Source: an uncultured Holophagaceae bacterium (GTDB taxonomy: Bacteria; Acidobacteriota; Holophagae; Holophagales; Holophagaceae). From it: a stretch of 64,000 nt of DNA. The notes beneath the pieces were generated by a model. That model was not told the origin of the DNA. It did no database searches and was given only the letters and a program-made list of their open reading frames with translations. Made by a program: the position numbers and the translations under genes. Of the stretch, positions 1 through 9,685 are shown piece by piece. The first letter of the stretch is position 1; each line of letters opens with the position of its first letter. Location: assembly GCA_903857495.1 (NCBI GenBank), contig CAIOFF010000034.1:13467-77466 (forward strand), given 5' to 3'.

Positions 1-104
1 AAAACCTTGGCCGAGTTCCAGTCCAGTTCAGCCGCCCGCTCAAAGGAAAGCCCCCGCGCCGCGATGTTGCGGAGGTTCTTATCGGGGTCGAACAAAATGT
101 CTAC
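1..104 (-). CDS. brnT: BrnT-family toxin (type II TA), 5' part only, runs off window; non-canonical GTA at expected start
   Basis: Not in ORF track. Manual translation 104->1: (V)DILFDPDKNLRNIAARGLSFERAAELDWNSAKV, matching the BrnT N-terminal pattern xxIxFDPxKNxxNxxxRGLSFExA. In-frame TGA just upstream; alternative TTG at 95. Confidence 0.72.
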
Positions 105-110
105 GTCCTT

Positions 111-138
111 AGTGTATGCACAAAAAACTCATCGTCAA
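111..138 (-). promoter_or_regulatory. sigma70-type promoter of brnT (TTGACG-N16-TACACT) overlapping a TGTGCATACA near-palindrome
   Basis: -35 at 138-133 and -10 at 116-111; -10 ends 6 nt before the GTA codon, which fits a leaderless transcript. Confidence 0.55.
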
Positions 139-242
139 GGACGAAAGCTCGCCTCAAGAAGCCTACCGCTCAGGGTGGGGGCTCCGCATGATCCTGCCCG
201 TGCGCTTTGTACCGATGGTGAAGGGCAACTGAGCGGCCGCCC

Positions 243-2033
243 TCAGCCCGCTTCCAGGACCAGCGGGAACCGGGAGGCCAGGGGCGCCTGGGGCGGCTCG
301 GAGGCGAGCCCTTCCGGGGCCGGGCTCGCGTCGAGGATGCGCTGCTCGGCGCAGGCCAGGGCGGCCTCGAGGGTCGCGAACCCCGCCTCCAGGCCGCTCC
401 CGGGGAAGCCTGCCGGGACCTGCTCCCAGGAGGCCTCGGCGCCGCAGAGCAGCAGGTGCCTGCCGGCGGTGCGGAAGCGGCTCGCCGCCTGCCCGAGGAC
501 CCCGAGGGCCGAGCTGTCGATCTCGCGGACCTGCCGGCAGTCCAGCACGACCACGTCCGCGTCCCGCTCCGCCGCGCGCAGGGTGGCCGCCAGGTTCTGG
601 GCATTGCCGAAGAACAGGACGCCGTGGAGCTCGAGGATGGCGAGGGCGCCGGGCCAGTCCTTCAGCGTCTGCTCTTCGGCCGGCGACCGGGGCTGCTGGG
701 TGGGCAGCAGGGGGTGCTCCCGCCGGACCGCCACCTCCGGGCGGCTCATGTCCAGCATGAACAGGATGCAGGAGAGGGCGATGCCCACGGTGACGCCGGC
801 CACGGGCTTGCCCAGCAGGGTGGCCAGGAACACGGCCAGCACGATGGCGGAATCCCGCAGCGCCCGCCGCCGCTTGCCGGGTTCCTTCGCGGTCAGCGCC
901 AGGTGCAGCACCTGGAAGCTCCACTTGTCCACCAGACGGCAGGCCAGGGTGCAGAGAATCGCGGCCAGCACCACCCGGGGGAGCAGGGCCAGCGCCTGGG
1001 GAAACAGCACCCCGGCCACAGCCAGGACCCCGCAGCTCGCGAGGGTCGAGGTGCGGGTGCGGCCGCCGGCCTTGTGGTTGGCCATGGAGACCGAGAGCGA
1101 GGTGGAGACCGCCAGGCCGCCGACCAGGGCCGAGACCAGGTTGCCGATGCCCTGGCCCAGGACGTCGCGCCGGGGATACACCGGAATGTCCGCGATGAAC
1201 TGCGCCGTCCGCAGCGCGAAGAACGTGTCCAGGGTTGCCACCAGGGCCAGGGTGAAGGAACCCAGGATCACCCCCTTGAGCAGCTCCGGTGTGTGCAGCA
1301 CCTGGAGCAGCCCGGTGGGTGAGGGCAGGAACCGGAGGACGTGGCCGGGGGCGGAGCCGATGACGCCGCCGAGGTCCAGGGCAGGCAGCGCCGCGTGCAG
1401 CAGGTGGAACCCGGCGGTGCCCAGCACGAGGCCCGCCAGCAGGTTCGGCACGCGGGGGGCGTAGGCTCCGAGGAGGAGCAGGAGGACCACTAGGCCGCCG
1501 CCCAGGAGGGTGGCCCAGGGCCGGGGCAGGAAGGCCCCCAGCCCGCCGGGGTGGCTGGCGGGAAGGCCCAGCAGCACCGTCACCTGGTGCCAGGCGATGA
1601 GCACGGCCACGCCGGACACGAAGCCCGCCATCACCGGGTGGGGCACGAAGCGCATGGCGTGGGCGATCCCGGAGTAGGCCAGCAGCACCTGCCACAGCCC
1701 GGCCAGCAGGACACAGGCCGTCATGGCCGCCAGCAGGCCCGGCCGGCCGATGCCGGGCACTGCCGACAGGCCCAGGAGGATGCTGCCCTGGATGACGCAG
1801 ATCGGGGTGGTGGGGTAGGTGACCACGAAGGACGAGCGCCGGACCAGGGCCGCCGCGGCCCCGCCGGCGATGGCGCAGAGGAGCCCCGCCAGGGCCGCCT
1901 CGGGCACCGTGTCCGCACCCAGGGGGGCGAAGGCCAGGACCCCCGCGCCCACGCACAGGGGCAGGGTGAGACAGGCCGAGACGACCCCGGCGCCAGCCTC
2001 CCTGAGGACCTCCTGGACTGCGGTCCTGCCCAT
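243..2033 (-). CDS. SulP/SLC26 family anion permease with C-terminal STAS domain
   Basis: Many TM helices, PHPVMAGFVSGVA and GGRTR motifs, STAS motif LFFGNA...VVLDC..V..IDSSAL; RBS GGAG upstream. Confidence 0.9.
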   Translation of the reverse strand: MGRTAVQEVLREAGAGVVSACLTLPLCVGAGVLAFAPLGADTVPEAALAGLLCAIAGGAAAALVRRSSFVVTYPTTPICVIQGSILLGLSAVPGIGRPGLLAAMTACVLLAGLWQVLLAYSGIAHAMRFVPHPVMAGFVSGVAVLIAWHQVTVLLGLPASHPGGLGAFLPRPWATLLGGGLVVLLLLLGAYAPRVPNLLAGLVLGTAGFHLLHAALPALDLGGVIGSAPGHVLRFLPSPTGLLQVLHTPELLKGVILGSFTLALVATLDTFFALRTAQFIADIPVYPRRDVLGQGIGNLVSALVGGLAVSTSLSVSMANHKAGGRTRTSTLASCGVLAVAGVLFPQALALLPRVVLAAILCTLACRLVDKWSFQVLHLALTAKEPGKRRRALRDSAIVLAVFLATLLGKPVAGVTVGIALSCILFMLDMSRPEVAVRREHPLLPTQQPRSPAEEQTLKDWPGALAILELHGVLFFGNAQNLAATLRAAERDADVVVLDCRQVREIDSSALGVLGQAASRFRTAGRHLLLCGAEASWEQVPAGFPGSGLEAGFATLEAALACAEQRILDASPAPEGLASEPPQAPLASRFPLVLEAG

Positions 2034-2072
2034 GCGTCTCCTTCCCTCGGGCCCAGTGCTGCGGGGATGGCT

Positions 2073-2252
2073 TCAGTCCCGGGACTGCTCCGCGGCGAAG
2101 GGATCCTTGACGAGGGTCGTCCGGGACTCCAGGGCGCGGGCCGAGCGGCTGAGCTGCTGGAGCGCCAGGAGCAGGGAGGCGGCCCTGGCGGTCCAGGAGC
2201 TCTCCTCGGTGAGCAGGGGCAGGGTGGTGGGAAGCTCGGCGGTGAGGCGCAT
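2073..2252 (-). CDS. 59-aa small protein upstream of sulP
   Basis: Below ORF-track cutoff. MRLTAELPTTLPLLTEESSWTARAASLLLALQQLSRSARALESRTTLVKDPFAAEQSRD; strong RBS (GGAGGGAG), nearly all third positions G/C, stop about 40 nt before the sulP start. Confidence 0.65.
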   Translation of the reverse strand: MRLTAELPTTLPLLTEESSWTARAASLLLALQQLSRSARALESRTTLVKDPFAAEQSRD

Positions 2253-2393
2253 GGGATCTCCCTCCAGGATCCAGGAGGCGCCGGAAGCCGGCCCGCTGAA
2301 CCGCTGATGGGCAATCGTGGCTCAGGCAGACTTCCGGCGTCAGAGCATGATCATGCGTTTTTTTTCTAATGCTTTCGCACTACTGGGGCCGCC

Positions 2394-3044
2394 TCAGGAG
2401 ATCAGGCCCTGGCGCAGGGCCTTGCTCACGGCCTCGGACTTGGAGTGGACGTGCAGCTTCTCGTAGATGCTGCGGATGTAGTTCCGGACCGTGTTCTCGC
2501 TCACGCCCAGCCGGTCCGCGGATTCCTGGTAGCCGTGCCCCTCGGCGAGCAGCGCCAGCAGCTGCAGCTCCCGGGGCGTCAGGCGGGTCTCCACCGGGTC
2601 GGGCCGGGGCGTGGTGCGAAACAGGGTGACCACCTTGCGGGCCACCTCCGGGGACATGGGGGCGCCGCCTTCGGTGGTCTCGCGGATGGCCTCCAGCAGC
2701 CGGGCAGGGGAGGTCTTCTTGAGCAGATAGCCTGCCGCCCCGTTGCAGATGGACTCGAACACGCTCTCCTGCTCCCCGTAGACCGAGAGCATGAGGACTT
2801 CGACTGCCGGCCAGCGGTCCTTCACGATCCGCACGCCCTCGCGACCGCTCAGGCCCGGCAGGTTGATGTCCATGAGCAGAACGTCCGGCAGGTCCTGGGC
2901 CAGCCCGGGCAGGGCCGCCTCAAAGGAGGGATAGGCACCGATGCAGCGGAAGCCGGGGCTGCCGTGGATGAGCATTCGCAGGCCCTCCCGGGTCGAGTCG
3001 TCGTCCTCGACCAGGGCCACGGAGAGCTCGCGGGGATCGCCCAT
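2394..3044 (-). CDS. NarL/LuxR-family response regulator (REC + HTH)
   Basis: VEDD, LMDINLPG and GYLLK motifs; LTPRELQLL...TVRNYIRSIYEKL HTH. ATG 3044 chosen for RBS spacing. Confidence 0.93.
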   Translation of the reverse strand: MGDPRELSVALVEDDDSTREGLRMLIHGSPGFRCIGAYPSFEAALPGLAQDLPDVLLMDINLPGLSGREGVRIVKDRWPAVEVLMLSVYGEQESVFESICNGAAGYLLKKTSPARLLEAIRETTEGGAPMSPEVARKVVTLFRTTPRPDPVETRLTPRELQLLALLAEGHGYQESADRLGVSENTVRNYIRSIYEKLHVHSKSEAVSKALRQGLIS

Positions 3045-3110
3045 CCTAGACACCCTCCTGGGTGGCAGTCTTCATCCTAGGCCGAGCCGGTGGATCTGGG
3101 GATGGCATGT

Positions 3111-6100
3111 TCATGCGCCCCCCAGCAGCCGGTGGGGCAGCTCCAGGTGGAGGAGGGTGCCGCTGGCCTCGGAGCTGATCACCAGGTGACCGCCCATCTC
3201 CAGGGCCCGGGCCTGCATGTTGACGAGACCCCGACCACGCCGGATGCCCGAGGTCTCGCCGGACGGCACCTCTCGGGGCAACCCCACGCCGTCGTCCCGG
3301 ACCTGGACGGTCAGCGCGCGGTGGCTGACCTCCACCTGCAGGGTCAGGGTGCGGCATCCGGAGTGTTTCACCGCGTTGTTGATGGCCTCCTTGAGGATCA
3401 GGAACATCCCCCGCCGCTGCTCCGGGCTCAGCTTGATCTTCGCGGGGTCGGCGGGGAGGCTCATGGACCAGCGGATGCCCTTCGCCTGGAGGACCCCGGA
3501 GGCGAACTGCCCCACCCGGGCCAGCAGCGACTGGAGGTCATCCCGGCGCGGGTCGATGGACCAGACGATCTCGGCCATGGTGTCCACCAGCTCGCGGGAG
3601 GACTCAGCGATCTCCGTCAGGAAGCGGAAGCTCTCAGGCTGAGCATTCGGGGTCTGCCGCTTGACCACCTCGCTGAGGATGGCGATCCGGGAGAGGCTGG
3701 CGCCGATGTCATCGTGGAGATCGGCCGCGATGCGGGTGCGGATCCGCTCCACCTCCAGCAGGTGCCGGAGGCGAGTCCGATAGACCTGCCAGACCAGCGC
3801 GATGAGGCTGGCCGAAGCCAGGAAGCGGAACCAGCCGCGCCGCCACACCGGAGCCAGGATGGTGAAGCGCAGCTCCGCCGGGGGATCGCTGGCCTGACCC
3901 TCGGCGCCCACGGCCCGGACCTGGAAGTGGTAGTGGCCGGGGGCCAGGTTGGCCAGGTCCACGCTGCGGGCGCTGCCTGCCGGGGTCCAGTCCTCGGAGA
4001 CGCCCTCGAGGCGGTACTGGTAGAGCAGGGCGGTGCCCGCCAGGCCCTCGGGGCTGGTGAACCCCACCTGGAGCCGGTTCTGGCCGGGGGCGAGCTCCGG
4101 CAGCTCCCAGTCCGTGGTGCCTGATTCGGGCAGGGGCCTGGGCACCCCCGCGACCCGCAGCCCGGTGAGGAAGATGGGCGGGGCCAGCGCGGGCCGGGGA
4201 GGCGCCGGCAGGTAGCGCGAGAGACCCCCGCTCAGGCCGAACCAGAGGGCGCCCTGCCGATCCCGGTAGGCCACCCGCGGCACCCCCGGAGCCAGTCCCT
4301 GGGCTTCCGAGAAGTGCTGCACGTGCTGGTGTGCGGCGTCAAAGCGGTCAATGCCCGCGCCGGTACCCACATAGACCCGGCCCCAGGAATCCTCCACCAG
4401 GCTCCAGACGGAGTTGCTGGCCAGGCCCTGGGCCGTGGTGAGGCTGCGGAAGCGGGGCTGGTCCTGCTCGGGGTCCTCGATGATGCCGGCGCCACCCAGG
4501 GAGCAGGCCAGCCAGATCCGGCCGGAGGCATCCTTCATCAGCGAGCGGATCCAGCCCTCGGGGACCCCCTGGGCATGGCTGAAGAAGTCGAAGCGCCCGT
4601 TCCGGAAGCGGGCCACGCCCGCACCGTTGAAGGCCACCCAGACATTCCCGGCCCGGTCTTCCGCAAAGGCCGTGGGCAGGGAATCGAACAGGCGGGGGAG
4701 GCCGTCCTGCTCGCGGAAGCCCTCGATCCGGTCCAGGGACCGTCGCCACCGGCCCAGGCCGTTGGTCACGGGCGAGGCGACGGAAAACCAGATGTCGCCG
4801 CGGCTGTCCTCGAACAGGGCGAAGACGCCCTCGGCGCCGGTGGCCTGGCCGACCGGGTAGACCATCGCGGGGCGGCGGCCGGCCAGCGCGGCTGCCCCGG
4901 GAGCCCGGTCGAAGCGGGCGAGCCCCTGGATGGCAGCCAGCCACCAGGCCCCGAGGTGGTCCTGTAGCACCGCCTGGTTCCAGCCCCAGCCCGCGGACAC
5001 CGCACCCAGCTCCAGCCGGTTGGGTGCGAAGCGCCGCTGCTGCAGGGTGTGGAGCCAGTAGGTTTTCTTGCCGGCCCGGCCTGCGACCAGTGCCCCCGTC
5101 TGGTCCTCGAAGACAGCGTCCACGCGGGTTTCGGCGAGGCCTTCCTCCGGGGTGAAGGTGGTCAGGCCGTCCTGGACCCACCGCTGGACGCCGCTGTCGT
5201 TGCCCAGCCAGAGGTCGCCGCTTGCGTTCTCCGCGAGGACGAACACGGGGCCCTTGATGCCGTGCTCCGGCCCATGGTTGTGGATTGCGCTGGCCTCGAA
5301 GACGCTCAGACCCCCGGCAGTGCCCGCGATCATGCGGCCCGAGGCCGTGCGCAGGAGCACCTGCACGTCGGCGTTGGCCATGCCGTTGGCGGCCGAGAAG
5401 GGCTCCAATGGCTGCAGCCGGGTCGCGCCGCCGGGGAGGCGGAACCGGGCGATGCCCCGGGAGGTGCCCACCCAGAGGGTGCCGTCGGTCTCCGTGGCGA
5501 GCGTGCGGATCAGCTGATGGGGGAGGCCATCGGCTTCCGTGAAGCGGAGCACCCGGCCCTGGGGGTCCAGGCTGTAGAGGCCGCTGCCGGTGCCGATCCA
5601 GAGCCCGCCGCCGGCCCGCTCCGCCAGGGTGGACACGATGGGGTCGTCATAGAGCTTCCGGGGCAGGCCCAGCTCCACGGTCTGCAGGGACAGGCCCTCG
5701 GGGCGGCGATCCACGCGGAGGAGGCCCGTGGTGGTGCCGCACCAGAGCACGCCGGCGGAGTCCTCGAACAGGTGGATGGGGTGGGCGGCGCCGGGCGGGA
5801 GGGGCAGGAGTCGCAGCCGGTCGGCGTTCCCTCGGCCCGGGGGAACGCTGGGGTCCAGTCGGCACAGCCCCTTGTCTGTCGCGAACCAGTAGCAGCCATC
5901 CCGCGTCTGCAGCAGATCGAGGATGGTCTGGAAGGGCAGGCCCCCCTCTTGGCTGAACCGGACAAAGGTCTGCCCATCAAAGCGGGCGGCGCCATCCGGG
6001 CCGCAGAACCAGAGGAAGCCGTGGGCATCCCGCAGGATGCGGCGGATGCCGCCGCCCGGCAGGCCATCCGCCGCCGAGAAGGACTTGAGGGGCAGGCGCT

Positions 6101-6206
6101 GGCCCCACAGCGCCGAGCACGCCCCCAGGGCCAGCAGCGCCACGGCCCTCCGGAGCAGGCTCGCTCGGGAGCCCGCGGGGTGGGGGACGTGGCGGATGTT
6201 GGGCAC
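3111..6206 (-). CDS. Sensor histidine kinase with periplasmic beta-propeller (Reg_prop/Y_Y_Y), HisKA_3 and HATPase
   Basis: Repeats DxxGxLWxGT and DGLP; Y_Y_Y region LYQYRLEG; RIAADLHDDIGASL H-box; EAINNAVKHSG, DDGVG and GLVNM..RA boxes. Start placed at GTG 6206 before a signal peptide (uncertain). Confidence 0.9.
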   Translation of the reverse strand: MPNIRHVPHPAGSRASLLRRAVALLALGACSALWGQRLPLKSFSAADGLPGGGIRRILRDAHGFLWFCGPDGAARFDGQTFVRFSQEGGLPFQTILDLLQTRDGCYWFATDKGLCRLDPSVPPGRGNADRLRLLPLPPGAAHPIHLFEDSAGVLWCGTTTGLLRVDRRPEGLSLQTVELGLPRKLYDDPIVSTLAERAGGGLWIGTGSGLYSLDPQGRVLRFTEADGLPHQLIRTLATETDGTLWVGTSRGIARFRLPGGATRLQPLEPFSAANGMANADVQVLLRTASGRMIAGTAGGLSVFEASAIHNHGPEHGIKGPVFVLAENASGDLWLGNDSGVQRWVQDGLTTFTPEEGLAETRVDAVFEDQTGALVAGRAGKKTYWLHTLQQRRFAPNRLELGAVSAGWGWNQAVLQDHLGAWWLAAIQGLARFDRAPGAAALAGRRPAMVYPVGQATGAEGVFALFEDSRGDIWFSVASPVTNGLGRWRRSLDRIEGFREQDGLPRLFDSLPTAFAEDRAGNVWVAFNGAGVARFRNGRFDFFSHAQGVPEGWIRSLMKDASGRIWLACSLGGAGIIEDPEQDQPRFRSLTTAQGLASNSVWSLVEDSWGRVYVGTGAGIDRFDAAHQHVQHFSEAQGLAPGVPRVAYRDRQGALWFGLSGGLSRYLPAPPRPALAPPIFLTGLRVAGVPRPLPESGTTDWELPELAPGQNRLQVGFTSPEGLAGTALLYQYRLEGVSEDWTPAGSARSVDLANLAPGHYHFQVRAVGAEGQASDPPAELRFTILAPVWRRGWFRFLASASLIALVWQVYRTRLRHLLEVERIRTRIAADLHDDIGASLSRIAILSEVVKRQTPNAQPESFRFLTEIAESSRELVDTMAEIVWSIDPRRDDLQSLLARVGQFASGVLQAKGIRWSMSLPADPAKIKLSPEQRRGMFLILKEAINNAVKHSGCRTLTLQVEVSHRALTVQVRDDGVGLPREVPSGETSGIRRGRGLVNMQARALEMGGHLVISSEASGTLLHLELPHRLLGGA

Positions 6207-6446
6207 GGGGAGGAGCCGGACCTCGGGGTGGGCAGGGTGATGGGGAAAAGCCGATGGTAACCGTATGTCACGCGGATTCTCTCTAGATGTTGGACCAGAG
6301 CCTGTTTCACACAGCCGGGGCTGGCCAGCCGCTGATTCCAGCCCCGCCCCGGGCGGAATCCAGGGTATAAAACTCCACCACCCACCCGACCAGCCCCTGC
6401 TCTCCCGGCCGCTCCACAGCCAGGCGAGCCGCTCCCAGGAGTGCCC

Positions 6447-8033
6447 ATGACCACCCCGACCCGGACGAAAGTCGTCAGCGCCGCCGAGGCCGTGGCCCTG
6501 ATCCGGGACGGGGACACGGTGGCTACCGGGGGCTTCGTGGGCATCGGCTTCGCGGAGAACCTGGCCATCGCCCTGGAGCAGCGCTTCCTGCAGACGGCGG
6601 TGCCCCGGGACCTCACCCTGGTCTACGCCGCGGGCCAGGGCGACGGCAAGACCCGGGGCCTGAACCACCTGGGCCATCCGGGCCTGGTGAAGCGAGTCAT
6701 CGGCGGCCACTGGGGCCTGGCGCCCAAGCTGCAGGCCCTGGCCCTGAGCGGCCAGGTGGAGGCCTACAACCTGCCCCAGGGCGTCATCGCCCACCTCTTC
6801 CGCGACATCGCCGCGGGCAAGCCCGGTACGCTCTCGCGCATCGGCCTCGGCACCTTCGTGGATCCCCTCCACGGCGGCGGCAAGCTGAACGACAGCACCA
6901 CCGAGGACCTGGTGGAGCACCTGTCCATCCACGGCGAGGACTTCCTGTTCTACAAGGCCTTCCCCCTCCACGTGGGCCTGATCCGCGGCACCACGGCGGA
7001 CGGCGACGGCAACATCACCATGGAGAAGGAGGCCCTGACGCTGGAGGCCCAGGCCATCGCCATGGCCGTCCACAACAGCGGCGGCAAGGTCATCGTGCAG
7101 GTGGAGCGGCTGGCGGAGCGGGGCTCGCTCAACACCCGGCAGGTGAAGATTCCCGGGATCCTGGTGGACCGCATCGTCGTGGCCGAGGAACCGGGCCACC
7201 ACATGCAGACCTTCCAGGAGCAGTACAACCCGGCCTACAGTGGCGAGATCCGCATCCTGCTCTCGGGCATGGCGCCCATGGAGTTCGACGAGCGGAAGAT
7301 CATCTCGCGGCGCGCCGCCCTGGAGCTGCGGCCCGGCAGTCTGGTGAACCTGGGCATCGGCATGCCCGAGGGCATCGCCGCCGTGGCCGTGGAGGAGGGC
7401 GCCTCGGACTTGATCACGTTGTCCACGGAGCCCGGCGTCTTCGGCGGCGTGCCCGCCGGGGGGCTCAGCTTCGGCGCGGGGTCCAACACCAGCTGCATCA
7501 TCGACCAGCCCTCCATGTTCGACCTCTACGACGGCGGCGGCCTGGACCTGGCCTTCCTGGGGCTGGCCCAGGCGGACCGCGAGGGCAACCTCAACGTCAG
7601 CAAGTTCGGCACCCGGCTGGCCGGGGCCGGGGGCTTCATCAACATCTCCCAGTCCGCCAAGACCGTGGTCTTCGTGGGCACCTTCACCGCGGGCGGCCTC
7701 CAGGTGGTCACGGAGGACGGCCGCCTGCGGATCCTCCAGGAGGGCACCACCCGGAAGTTCGTGGAGCAGGTCGAGCACCGCACCTTCAGCGGGGAAGTCT
7801 CTTTCCGGAAGGGCCAGCGGGTGCTCTACATCACCGAGCGCTGCGTGTTCCGCCTCACGGGCCAGGGCCTGGAGCTGTTCGAGATTGCGCCGGGCATCGA
7901 CCTGGAGCGGGACATCCTGGCCCACATGGCCTTCCGGCCCGCCCTCGCCCCGGACCTGCGCCTCATGCCGGCCTGCATCTTCCGGCCGGAGCCCATGGGA
8001 CTGCTGTCGCTGCTGCCCGGCGCGGAGTGCTAG
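6447..8033 (+). CDS. Acyl-CoA:acetate/3-ketoacid CoA transferase (fused alpha/beta, YdiF/Pct type)
   Basis: [30 protein letters not shown], catalytic E in [22 protein letters not shown]. Confidence 0.92.
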   Translation: MTTPTRTKVVSAAEAVALIRDGDTVATGGFVGIGFAENLAIALEQRFLQTAVPRDLTLVYAAGQGDGKTRGLNHLGHPGLVKRVIGGHWGLAPKLQALALSGQVEAYNLPQGVIAHLFRDIAAGKPGTLSRIGLGTFVDPLHGGGKLNDSTTEDLVEHLSIHGEDFLFYKAFPLHVGLIRGTTADGDGNITMEKEALTLEAQAIAMAVHNSGGKVIVQVERLAERGSLNTRQVKIPGILVDRIVVAEEPGHHMQTFQEQYNPAYSGEIRILLSGMAPMEFDERKIISRRAALELRPGSLVNLGIGMPEGIAAVAVEEGASDLITLSTEPGVFGGVPAGGLSFGAGSNTSCIIDQPSMFDLYDGGGLDLAFLGLAQADREGNLNVSKFGTRLAGAGGFINISQSAKTVVFVGTFTAGGLQVVTEDGRLRILQEGTTRKFVEQVEHRTFSGEVSFRKGQRVLYITERCVFRLTGQGLELFEIAPGIDLERDILAHMAFRPALAPDLRLMPACIFRPEPMGLLSLLPGAEC

Positions 8034-8091
8034 ACTCCCTTCCACCCCACCCCACCCATGACTTCTGCGCCCTGCCAGGGAGACCCCGAAG

Positions 8092-8862
8092 GTGTTGACT
8101 GAGAACCCCACAACGGACTGCATCCTGGAGACGAAGCGGCTCTCCAAGGAGTTCAAGGGCTTCGCGGCGGTCAGCGACCTGAACCTCCAGGTGCAGCGGG
8201 GGCACATCCACGCGCTGATCGGGCCCAACGGGGCGGGCAAGACCACGGTCTTCAACCTGCTGACGAAGTTCCTGATCCCCACCACCGGCACGATCCTGTT
8301 CAACGGCGTTGACATCACCCGGGAGGAGCCCGCCGACATCGCCCTGCGCGGCGTGATCCGCTCCTTCCAGATCTCGGCGGTGTTTCCCGGCCTGACGCCG
8401 CTTGAAAATGTGCGGGTGGCGCTGCAGCGGGCCACGAACACGTCCTACCAGTTCTGGAAGAGCGACCGCTGTCTGCGGCAGCTGGATGACCGGGCCATGG
8501 CCCTGCTGGAATCGGTCGGCCTGGCGGAGCTCAGCGGCGCCATCACCGGCGAGCTGGCCTACGGGCGCAAGCGGGCCCTGGAGATCGCCACCACCCTGGC
8601 CCTGGAGCCGAAGCTCATGCTGCTGGACGAGCCCACCCAGGGCATGGGGGCCGAGGACGTGGACCGCATCACCGCGCTGGTGAAGCAGGCCTCCGCAGGC
8701 CGCACGATCCTCATGGTCGAGCACAACCTCAAGGTGGTGGAGACCCTCGCGGACCGCATCACCGTGCTGCAGCGGGGGGCCATCCTCGCCGAGGGCACCT
8801 ACGCCGAGGTCTCGCAGGATCCGCAGGTCATGGAAGCCTACATGGGGAGCGCCCATGCCTGA
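8092..8862 (+). CDS. livG: LIV-type ABC transporter ATP-binding subunit
   Basis: GPNGAGKTT Walker A, LAYGRKRALE, LLDEPT, VEH. Confidence 0.92.
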   Translation: MLTENPTTDCILETKRLSKEFKGFAAVSDLNLQVQRGHIHALIGPNGAGKTTVFNLLTKFLIPTTGTILFNGVDITREEPADIALRGVIRSFQISAVFPGLTPLENVRVALQRATNTSYQFWKSDRCLRQLDDRAMALLESVGLAELSGAITGELAYGRKRALEIATTLALEPKLMLLDEPTQGMGAEDVDRITALVKQASAGRTILMVEHNLKVVETLADRITVLQRGAILAEGTYAEVSQDPQVMEAYMGSAHA

Positions 8863-9571
8863 AGCCACCCCCACCGAGATGCTCCGCATCAGCGGGCTGC
8901 ACGCCTTCTACGGCGAGTCCCACATCCTCCATGGCATCGACCTGGTGGTGGGCGAGGGCGAGCTGGTGACCCTGCTGGGGCGCAACGGCGCAGGCCGCAC
9001 CACGATCCTGAAGTCCATCATCGGCCTGGTGGGCAGCCGTACCGGATCCATCAAGGTCCGCGGGGTCGAGACCATCACCATGCCCACCCACAAGATCGCC
9101 CACCTGGGCTTGGGCTACTGTCCCGAGGAGCGCGGCATCTTCTCCAGCCTCACCGTGCAGGAGAACCTGATGCTGCCGGTGGCGGTCGGGCAGGGGGGCC
9201 TATCGCTGCCCGAGATCTTCGAGATGTTCCCCAACCTGCTGGAGCGCCGCGGCAGCATGGGCACCCGGTTGTCGGGCGGCGAGCAGCAGATGCTGGCCAT
9301 GGCGCGGATCCTGCGCACCGGCGCCAGCCTCCTGCTGCTGGACGAGATCACCGAGGGCCTGGCCCCGGTCATCGTGCAGACCCTGCGCCAGCTCATGGGC
9401 CAGCTCAAGCAGCGCGGCTTCACCATCATCCTGGTGGAGCAGAATTTCCACTTTGCGGCGGACCTGGCGGACCGCCACTACGTCATCGACCGCGGCACCA
9501 TCGCGGAGATGATCACCCGGGAGCAGCTCCCCGCCAGCACTGAAAAACTCAACCACTACCTGGGCGTCTGA
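8855..9571 (+). CDS. livF: LIV-type ABC transporter ATP-binding subunit
   Basis: GRNGAGRTT, LSGGEQQMLA, LLDEITEGLAP. Confidence 0.92.
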   Translation: MPEATPTEMLRISGLHAFYGESHILHGIDLVVGEGELVTLLGRNGAGRTTILKSIIGLVGSRTGSIKVRGVETITMPTHKIAHLGLGYCPEERGIFSSLTVQENLMLPVAVGQGGLSLPEIFEMFPNLLERRGSMGTRLSGGEQQMLAMARILRTGASLLLLDEITEGLAPVIVQTLRQLMGQLKQRGFTIILVEQNFHFAADLADRHYVIDRGTIAEMITREQLPASTEKLNHYLGV

Positions 9572-9685
9572 TCCCGATTTGAGGTTCAGGCGAATACCGG
9601 TATGCTGACCCACCCTTCCACCCCCATCCGTGTGACCCAACCCTGCCTGGGTGTCCCAGGTATTCGAATGGAAAGGACTATCGCC

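Noticed and set aside
6207-8441. 745-aa N-terminal extension of the 1776-aa sensor kinase ORF
   Set aside because: It is the antisense of the CoA-transferase and livG genes; a signal peptide appears only after about 6206.
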